Shown here: positions 12,370-22,800 of the stretch, in pieces
Layout of the letters: each line of letters opens with the position of its first letter
Position numbering within the stretch: position 1 is the stretch's first letter
Source of the DNA: Orbicella franksi
Taxonomy: Eukaryota
NCBI GenBank assembly: GCA_964199315.1
Contig: OZ116699.1
Location: 20,522,001 to 20,586,000 of the forward strand
DNA: 64,000 nucleotides
Direction of reading: 5' to 3'
Program-made: the position numbers and the translations under genes
The notes under the pieces: generated by a model
The model's input: the letters and a program-made list of their open reading frames with translations, nothing else
Database searches by the model: none
What the model was told of the DNA's origin: nothing

Positions 12370-12601
12370 GATACCGGTGCGATGCTCTACCAACTGAGCT
12401 ATGAAGCCACACATTGGGAGCGAGGTCAATTCAGTTGAGTTCATATCTTCCCGTGAGGAGTGAAATGATGTGAAGTATACATGAAATAATTCATATTTGA
12501 ACTGCGGTTGTAGATGAAAGTAAAGAATGATCATCGCAGTGAATTTTCCAATTTAAGCAATTGGAAAGAAGAAGCCTGAAAAAATCAGGGCTTCAACGGG
12601 A
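12217..12601 (-). repeat. tRNA-related tandem repeat, 252-bp unit, about 1.5 copies
   Basis: Unit starts TGTGAAGTATA at 12217 and 12469, and the copies are near-identical. The minus strand of 12336-12408 folds as a tRNA-like cloverleaf (GGCTTCA/TGAAGCC acceptor stem, A and B boxes, anticodon GGT, imperfect anticodon stem). Confidence 0.85.
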
Positions 12602-13824
12602 TTTTCCGTCAACTCAAGATCGTATCTGGACCATGGAGTTATAGTTAAAAATGCTAACCAAGCTTTGTCCCGAAAGTTGTTGCTGTTGACCACCACTGGC
12701 AAGGTTGAAAATACTCCCAGAGAAGTAGTCGGTATGCCCAGACACGTTCGGTTATTTCGACGCTTTTGGAAGTAAATTCGGCCGGGATTGGTCGTGCAAG
12801 GAACTTAAAATTACTAAAGTACGGCCACAGTTGCCGTTTTAGGGTAGTGGTACCGCATCATGACTGAGACAAGTTAGTGTGCATGGTAAAAAAAAGTCAC
12901 ACACGAACCCAGAATGAACTTTGGTGGTCCACGCCCTATTTCTCTGACCAGAAGCATATCACCTTAGGTGATATGCTTCTGCCTTGACCTATCGTTTGGT
13001 TTGATCTCGCGTGCATAGTGATACTAGTACAAACAGAATCTCAACGTGAACTGAATTTATAGATATCTTTTAATGTCTATTTATCTATACAATATTTATT
13101 ATTTTGTATGGATCCTGTAGGTTTTTTTTGTTACTATTTTCTATGCAATTTCATATACACAACACAAGTTGAGCTCTAACTATTTCATTGATTTCATCAT
13201 TTCAATTATTCCTTTCTTTTTCCTATTTAATAATAAGGTAATCTATCTTGTATGGATCCCGTAGCTTTCTGTTGCACAATTTCACTACACATCGCAAGTT
13301 TAGCTATAATTATTTCTGCCAATCATTCCTTCTTTTTTTCTATTTTATAACCGAGAAAGATTCAGATAAGTTTGGTTCATTTTCAATTCTCTGAAGCAAC
13401 CATGTAAAACACAACTCTGATACCACTGGTACAGTGATGATCAAGTGCAACTTCCTAATTCTAAAAACGATTTTTTTTACACAGCACCTTCGTATCCTAA
13501 AATTAAAAAAGGTTGGCCAGTAACATTTACATCACAGTAATCAAATCTCATCTTAAATGTCCATGAAAAAGCCTAACAATAGTTTTCTTTAAAAGCAATC
13601 TGAAAAACAATCACTCAATAAAAGCTCTCACCTTGTAATCATTTTTATATTAGTACAAAACAAACTCAGTGGTGCTATCAACAAAGGATATGAAGTTCTA
13701 CATATTTTTCGAACCAATTCGTTATTATTGATTACTTTATTAAGTTTTATAATATCATGATCAAAAAACAAGACAACGAGGACTTGTAAATGCACTTGCA
13801 CGGCGGGGCATGAAGGACTTGTTT

Positions 13825-16800
13825 TCAATTGTACTTTATTTCCCCTAACGTGTTTGACAGTTCCCTCCTTCTACGTATGTGGCTGTCAAGATGCTTGGCC
13901 TGTTCCATGAAGTCTGCCTCCCACACAAGTGTATAACCGAACTCGGAGTTAGGCCTCTTCCACTCGCAACCATGCCTCTCGATGAACCCCATACCCCCGG
14001 TCAACACTAATGAAGTAGACTTGGGCGATGTAGGACCCCGTGTGTCTGCCATACACCTCACTGCGGACACGTGACGGTGGATAAGGGTCAAGTGTTTTCG
14101 TGTTGAAGGATCTACGAGAACCACGTGACCAGTGCCCAGTCCTACCCAGAGAACTTTGTGCGACAGGAGAAGGCTGACAACGCGTGTTTCGCGTAAGTCA
14201 CCAGTGTAGCCGCTGTCCCTGAGAATTGTCAGACAGTCAACAGAGCCAAGGAATTTAGTTTTGGAGAAATCCCAGCACTCGATCACCGGACTATCACGAG
14301 TTGATATCCAAACAAACGTTGAGCCCACAGCGATGTTCAAAACAAGTCCCTTTGCTCTGTCCTCGACAAACCATCGACGCTCGATCTCAATTTCCGAGTT
14401 CTTCTTTATTCTGAGAACGACTATTTCGTTACCGCACCCGCAGAACAACCTCTTTCTGCCAACAGCCGTGCAAGCCAAGGGATGGGCTTGACAATCCTCA
14501 CAGGTGGTATCTCCAATGATCTTGCTGTGACACAGGTCAAAAAACTTGGGTTGAGCATCTTCTTTCTTGACACTGTGTGTGTGATAAACAGCTAACTGAC
14601 CGTTAGCGAGTCCTGCCAGTACAACGTCCACGTTCACGTCATTGGCTCCATCCTTGTAGTGCCTCAAACAAAGAACCGCGTCAGGAAGCTGAGGAAGGGA
14701 GAACTGGCACTTGTGATTCCACGCGTCAAAAACCCAGATTTTCCCAGACTGCGTGCCGGCCAACACGGTGTCGTCATTCACTGCTACGATACTCTTCACC
14801 CGTCTGTCTCGGATAAATGTGCCCGTGCAGCCCTGGGAAAACGTAAGAAACAATAACGTTTGCGTATTTTAATTACAATATGATCCAAATTGGATATAAG
14901 GCAACTTCGGAAAATTTATAGCTTCTACCCAAAATTGGCCCACATTGAGGTTGAATTTAATATAATACACAAGCAAATAGTTAACCGTGAAAAGGTCTGT
15001 TGATTGATCTATTCAAAGTCGTTTCTCTTTATTTTTCTCAGTAAAAAGCGAGCGAGTGTGGCTAGCGACCGACAACGAGCGCAGAATGAGGTAAAACGAA
15101 CAACCCTTGCATTCGTGTTCGTTCAATCTTCCGGCTGTGGTTTTTTATTTTGTCTGAACACTCGACGATGTTTAAGAAATAGGACGCCTGTGACAGACCA
15201 GTAGTTGATTGGCATAAGGTCGTCTAACTGCATTTGGTAAAAGTGCAGATTTTTGTTGTAGTGCTGATTTACAATAGTTATTTTGCAAAAGTGTTAAAAT
15301 TCGACAAATCCTTTGGTATGCGCGGAAGTGCTTCGACCTACCTCCACTCCATTGTCTGACAGGTCGATAATGGTGACCTGACCACTGAAGTTATCCGACT
15401 GTCCACTGCCCACCCACACCTCCACTTTAGGTGTGTCTTTTTCTTCAAAGTGACGAACGGTCATGCACTCTACTGTCTGTCCCTTGGACACGGCAATGTC
15501 ACGCTTCAAACAGATCAGCTCGGGGTCACACAAGCGCGAGTAGGCCTGTCACAAAGAGCAGGGAACGTCAATTGGAAGTCTTACGCCTTTGTAACAAATA
15601 AATTAAGTTCACTAATAAGATGCCAGTTTTAGCTTGCTAATACAAATGAGAAGTGAGTAAAGTAGGTCGGGTTTACAAGCATTGATCTTCTTCCCTGCCT
15701 TCAAAAGTGATCGAATATCATCAATTTACGAGCAGACAGATAAAATAAGGATCAACAGACCAAAAATATTTCCCAAAACTGTGAAACTGAAAAAACACTT
15801 CTCCCACTGAAAGAGAAGGCGTTATTAGTCAGCGGCACCAAAAGCAGATGTAGAAAGATGCGGAAATACAGCATGGACATGCATAGTCGGCGGCTTTTCA
15901 GATGACAAGATGAAAATAATTCTTTCATGCTAGTAATTGAATCCATTATTCACAGAATAAATTGAACCCCTTTACCCAGACCATGGAGAACTTTCTGATC
16001 GCAAAACAAGGAGCGAAACAACAGCTTTTCAAAATAAACAATAAGAACAATCTCTTCACGTTACCTGTTCAGCGGTAGCTCTTCTATGCGGCTGAGGCTC
16101 AAGAGCATGCGCAATAAGATCCGCCATGTCTGGCCAGGGAGGGCAGTCTGATGACGTGATAGGATCTAAGGCCCGTCCTTTCAACACGGCTGCATCCAGC
16201 TCGTGGCGGAAACGCAAGTCTTCAAACGGCTTGGTTCCTCCAGTCACGAGCTCGTACAGGAACATGCCAAACGAATACATATCGACTTCCATGTTGTAGG
16301 CGATGTCTCCGCGAGCAATTTCGGGTGCTCGATAGCCCGGCGTACCTTCAGTGGCGGTCAGACCGCAACGAGTGGCATACCGAGCGATGCCGTAATCAGA
16401 TATCTTGGCGTTGATCAAGTTTGTGAGAGAAAGGGAGAAGATAAGGATGTTGTGGGGTTTTAGATCACGGTACACGATCATGTGATGGTGTAAGAATGTG
16501 AGGCCTTCTGCAACCTGCAATAAAAAAATACGCAGAGCCCAGATTAAGACCACCAGTCGCCAAAAGACTAATAAGCAAGTGTTTTAGTTGAATAATTTCA
16601 CAACAAATAGCTTAACGTGTGTTCATAAAGACAGGCAGTATTACGAATCCATGCAACTTTGGCTCTTTCCATAGGAGGCCTTTTTCTGATCTCCGTATGC
16701 AGTCAGGTTAACACTTGACATTTTGGAAAACCCCTTACCAACATCAAAATAAACAAAGAGTTCGGTCTAATCAGAAAGGCTTTACATCAGAATAGCATCA

Positions 16801-19800
16801 CACAGATACGTCACGTTACTTAGCGACAATAATATCCCAGGTTCATGATATTACCTACAATGAGGATCCCACCGAAACTGATAACTCATTCGTCACTTTG
16901 GGTTACTGACTTACTGACTCCCAATTTTATACGTTGAACATTGTACGAAAGGCTCTCTTCTCACCTGTAAGGCAATTCTGTGCTGGATTCCTTTGCTGAG
17001 CGCCTGCCCTCTGTTTAGGAGCGTACTCAGTGATCCCAGTGGAGCCAGCTCCATTATAAGAGACCACGGCTTCACACAAACGCCCACCATGGTAATAACA
17101 CTCAGATGGCGCAGCTTCCGTAGGAACATGACTTCCTGTCGAAGTGACGTGTGAGGATTGCACTCATTTCCGGAATGAAACACCTATACAAAAACATCAC
17201 GGTCTAACATTAGCTAAAAGGTTGTTGTGAAGCCGAAAAGTCTAAATGGGGAGCAGGGACGACACAGTGGTGAAAGCACTCGCCTCGCACCCATGTTGCC
17301 CTGGTTCGATTCCTGCCTGGTGTCATATAAGCGTTGAGTTTGTTGTTGGTTTTCGCCTTGCTTCGAGGGTTTTTCACCGGTTCTCCGGTTTTCCTCCCTC
17401 CTAAAAACCAACATTTTCAAATTCCAATCCGATCAGGATAGAGGACCTGCGCGGAAACCAGCTGAGGCTGATGTGGCTTCCTCTCTAAAGATTATAATTT
17501 AAATAAATAAAATATTATAATTTACATTTTACCGCTTATAGTAACAAAGTTGAAAGCAGCACAGTCACAAACCTTGGCGGCAACAGACTTTCCATCATAG
17601 AGAGCCCTGTACACCGCGCCATAGCTGCCGTCTCCAAGCAGTGAGGTACGCGTTGTATCCAGCACCAGTTTACTCTCTTCAATTTTGAACTGTTCACCGA
17701 CATCTTCCAGGACCACATCAGGCGCTATCTGACGCAGCGACACCAGCAGTTTCGTGTTGGGGCACATGATGTATTCATTGTCACTCGCCCTAGCTATGGT
17801 GTCAAGGGCGAAAGTATGAGTGTCTTCTCCCTTGCACACAGGACAAACAGCCTGCTTCTTGACAAGAGGTAGCCCTTCCTGTGGATCCACTCCCCCTAAA
17901 CATAACAGATTCACACGTCAATTTTAGCATTTTCTTTTTAGTACTTAAGGCCCTTGTTTAGTGTCCCAATTAGTCCGCTCGGGCCAAATACATTTGACAC
18001 TTAAGTAAAGGTTCGTATCTTATCTTAATAGGCGAATCTTAGTTAATGTAATTGTTTACAATTTTTCCTCATGAACATAAGACTTTGCGCATAGAAGGCA
18101 TCACGCTAGAAACGAATAGACTACAAACATTTAAAGAGCTTCTGAAACTTAGCAACTGGTGACATGTTTAGCTTTTTGGGTGTAATATTCGAGGAGAAAT
18201 AGGTTTCAAAAAGTGCAAAATTTCTGGGAGGCAAAAGCGCTAATGAGCTCATACATTCTTTGTAAAATCTTGAGATTTTTAACCTGCGTAGCTTAAAAGT
18301 ATTCAATCATCGGGCTCAAATTCATTGGCATTGCAGAGGTTATCGCGCTGTTCCCTTTCAATATTCAGAACTAGTGTTTTTGTAGCTCCATCAGAAACTG
18401 TATCGCTTCTTCGTCCCCATACCGCCTTAAACTACATTGCATATGTGAGCTTTTGTCAGGGCTTCTTCCTGGAATAGTGCGCAGCTTATTGAGATGGATC
18501 ATAGTATATACAAGTAAGTGTAACACTTACACAAGTCTGGAAACCATTCCTCCAGCAGCGTGTCCAAATGATCAACCACGTGTGCGAGAATTCTTGCTCC
18601 ATGCTTTGTACTTGGCGTTGTAATCACCACAGTGTCCGCACAGGGATTGGTCAAACCGTGCGATATGACAAAGAATGCCTGCTCTGTCCAGTAGACGAAG
18701 ACACCTTCATTCCACTGTTGGACCTGTGGTTCACGCGGGCTCTCCAAGTGGACCCTGTGGTCCATATACAAGTCCACCACGAAAGTCTGGACTCTTGCAA
18801 TAAGGCGCGGCCAGAAACTGGGGGGTAGATAAGCCAGGTTGTACTCGCGGCTCACGAACACATTACGTCCCGGGTTTGGAATCTTGATTGAGGGTTGTTT
18901 ATTGCTGAGCAAAGATGGCAAAAGGTACTTGTCGTCTCTCAGTGGGAGAACAATGCAGTAGTGTTCAAGCAGCCTGTAAGGAAGAAAAACTTCACTAGTA
19001 TCAAGTTCAAACTGTCTTCTACATGAATTCTCTTTTGTCCTTCCATTGCACTGTAATTAAGGATATTTTTTATTTTATTTGTAAAGTAGTGTATCGGATG
19101 TCATGTAAACAGCTGTACAACATCTACAAGCTTGTAAAATTATCCACATTGTGTAACATCTGCAAGCGTGTAAAATGAGCAGTAACACTTATCGAGAGGT
19201 TTTCAATTGAGTGTCGTAAAACCAAACCCAAGCCAATTACGTACCAAGGTGGCTATTCAGCCAGTCTCAAACCGTAGCACAATCAAAACCAAAACCAAAG
19301 AAATTGCCTGTCGTGATTACTTTCGACACTCAATTGAGAACCTGTCCAACGTGCAAAGTTATTTTACTGCTAATTCGTTTCTCTAACTTCAACCTGGCAT
19401 AATTAAAGAAAGCAGAAATCGAATGCTTGCTAGTTAGTCTCACTGTGCTGTACAAAAACTGTATATAAAATGTCAATGCCTGATGAGATGCGTAACACAT
19501 TCGAACGTCCCAAAAACGGCGGGTAAGGACGATGCCAAACTGTCGAACAGAGGGATGCCTTGAAAGAGTGATCAAGACATTTTAAAACTCTACTTCTCGT
19601 AGATCAAACGAATCGTATAAAAGAAACCTTCTATCATGTTTTGACCCATGAAAGGTGTCGGGCAATGACTCTTCATCTATGTCCGTAAAATAATGCATCG
19701 TTTAAAAATAGAGAGAGGACGGGAAACAGTAAGAACGAAGGCAGTTATGTACCAGGGAACATGGAGCTTACTTTAGTATCTGTGGCATGAGATCGGGAGT

Positions 19801-22800
19801 CAGGTTAACTACACAACTTCCATCTCTGACCAATTTCTCGAGATCCTCCAAACCAAGGATGCCATTGGTGTTCTTACTGTCTTTTCTTGTCACCAAATGA
19901 GCAAACAAATGGAACACCCACAGGGGATCAACAAAAAGGAGATCGTCCAACTGGCAAGCTGGATGATCAACATGGATGAGGACTCCTGAAAGTGAGAAAA
20001 AAGATCAAGGAGTTTGGTTAAAGGACTACGCTTATTGCTGTTAAGTGCTTCTGAGAAACACTTTCCTAAGAGAGAAATTCCTGACTGCCGGCTAAGAGAG
20101 ACTAGAAGAGCAATGAGAATTCTAAGAACTTTGATTTGTATTTTGACGGTTGGCCTTCATTTTCGAGGCAGTCTTTTGACACTATGTGTACGTCGCTGGG
20201 ACATGAAATCCTTGCTGTTATGGAGTGAGAAATAACCGTTAGTGGAAAGTAGACTGTATATTATATAAGGGCAAACAGTGAGGGAACCTTACCTGCTTCA
20301 CTCATGAACCTAATGGCTTGTTCAAGCTCAGTATCATCCATGAGTAATTCATTGTCCTGAATGAGCTTTCGGATGCTGGCCATTTTCAAGATTCTTGGTG
20401 GTTCATGTCCTCTGGCGTGGACAAGATGCAAAATCAAGTCTTGTAGTCGCACAAAGTTCTGTGGGACTCTCGGGCCAATCAACGAATGGCCTTTGCACTT
20501 GCATTTTGGGATGAGCTGCATGATCCGATGACGGAGGGACTGCACTCCTGATGTTTCTTGAGTGCAGTCAAGTACCACGTGGCTCTTAACCTGGGGCAAG
20601 CCAGCACCAGCACACATGCTAAGGGCCCTTACCTTGATCTCATTTAGCAACTCGGTGACCTGATCCTTTGGCACCTTATCCTTATGAGTACCCACAAGCA
20701 TGACTGACGCCTCTGGTGCGCAGGCATGTATGTTGAGGAGCCAGGGCTTAAGAGAATCGATCTCACTGGTGCCTTTGCTCACATCATAGACTGCCAGAAA
20801 CAATGTCCTTGACGACAGGAGGCACTGATAAGCGCTGTACAAGTCATCACGTCCTTTGAGATCCCATGTGTTGATGACATAGTTCACGCTCTTGCGGTGG
20901 CACACTTTGCACTCAGCTTTTGTATCTCTGACACACCATTCTCTCGCCATTACATCATGGTGTGGTCCTGAAGCAATATCTTCCTGTAGCTGGTTCAACA
21001 ATGTCGTCTTTCCTCGTCCTGCCTGGCCAACAGCAACCAACTTCATACGATAATAAGGCACGGAATTCTTGAGCCTGGAGTGCAGGAATCCTATGAGTTC
21101 CTGAGCTCTGCTTTCTAGAATAGCTGAGTCCAGATCAAGCTTGAGGCCAACCAACTGCAGGTCCCACAGACTGGACAATCTTCCCATCTCATCCGGCAAG
21201 TGTGTGATACCAGTGTTGCGGCTCAAATTAAGGGAGGTCAGTGATTTTAATTCACCAATTCTACCCGGCACTGACTTCAGACAGTTGTCGCTTAAATTCA
21301 GCCTTTCGAGGTATGCCCACTTCTCTGCACCCTCCAAGGAGAGCTTTTTAATCTTGTTGTCAGCAAGAACGAGCTCTTTCAGCTGCTGTGTAGACCAGGA
21401 AATAGGAGGTGGGATGTCCTCCAGATTGTTACTTGAAAGATCCACAACTTTCACATTGGGGAGTTTGAGAAGAAATCGCGGGAATGAAAATTGTTTCTTT
21501 GAAGACTGCCCCCCAAGTTTATTCTTGTTTAACCGAACCGTTTTCAAATTTGTCAAGGACGGCGCCACAATCTCTGGCAACGTTGTGAAGTTGTTGTTTG
21601 AAGCCACAAGAGTTTCAAGAGAAAGACATTCTGAAACGAATTCACGAGGAATCTCCGAGAGCTGATTGTTTGACAAGTCGAGAGTTTTCAGTCGCCGTAG
21701 TTTCAAAGCAGAATCCGGCAGCTTTGTCATGTTATTGTCCACCACATACAGACTTGTTAATGCCGGAAATATATCTCCCAACCACTCAGGGAAACAGCTT
21801 TCCTCATTGTGTGACAAGTTCAAGTTCTCAAGCATAACATTGCTATCTCCAGGATGTCGAGGCCGGGCCATCTTTATCTTGTTGTGTGACAAGTTTAAGA
21901 CTTTCACCCCTGTCTGGATAAAGCAGTAAGGAAAACTCGAAAACTCGTTGTGACTCAGATTCACATATCGCAATTGCGGCATAGCATCACAAAGCAAAGA
22001 CGGAAATTTTGACAAGTGGTTATGACTCAGGTCAAGCTTCTCGACTTTAGCCAGATATGCAAGGAGAAGTGGAGAGGCTTCTGCAAGTGGCTCCAGGCTC
22101 AAGATGTTGTTGCTTGAAGCATCAATCAATCGCACTGTTGCCTTGGCAGAGATAGCTCTGATTGACTGCTTTCGCTTTCTTTTTGCTTCAAAGGGCTCGC
22201 AAGTCCTTGACCTTCTTCTGTCTGCACATTGGCCAAAGAATCTCCCACTGTCAAACTCATCACTGCATGTACTCAGGGACCGTACTCGGTAACCCTGCTG
22301 AAGGTTCCAGTTGTACACGTAGCTATTGTTGGGCATTTCAAACACACCAGGCACGTCTTCTTCGGGTTCTGTTATTCTGCCAATCTGTTCAGAGTCGGTA
22401 CATGGCAGTGGCGATACCTTTGCAGGATAAGAAGAGGCATCTAGACTGTTGACCGGAGGAATTATGTCACTGCGTGCACGCCTCTTCAGCATGGGCCGCC
22501 TACATTCTGGCAGGTACTCATCAAATGACCTTCTGTGAGCACTCCTGGGTAAAATAACGCAGTTCCTGTCTGAAAAGGGAGACACAACACGAGGATCATG
22601 TGAGCTGTAGGGGAAGGAAGCTCCACTGACACTACGTGCCCGCAATGCTGATTTTTCAGTTAATTCCGGAACATTCAAATCAATGTCAGAGTCAGAATCA
22701 GAATCATTGTCTGACTCATGCTCCAGGCCCACTAATATATCTATGCTAGAAGGGACACTTGCTTTGTCCGCCTGCCAGCCAGTTAAGCTACCATCCAAAG

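Noticed and set aside
12336-12408. Functional tRNA-Thr gene, or the ORF 12301-12534
   Set aside because: Mismatched anticodon stem, non-standard GGT anticodon and embedding in a tandem repeat unit; the ORF is an incidental translation of the repeat.
13084-13330. Degenerate two-copy duplication starting TTGTATGGATCC (13084 and 13249)
   Set aside because: AT-rich and highly diverged; no further structure could be supported.
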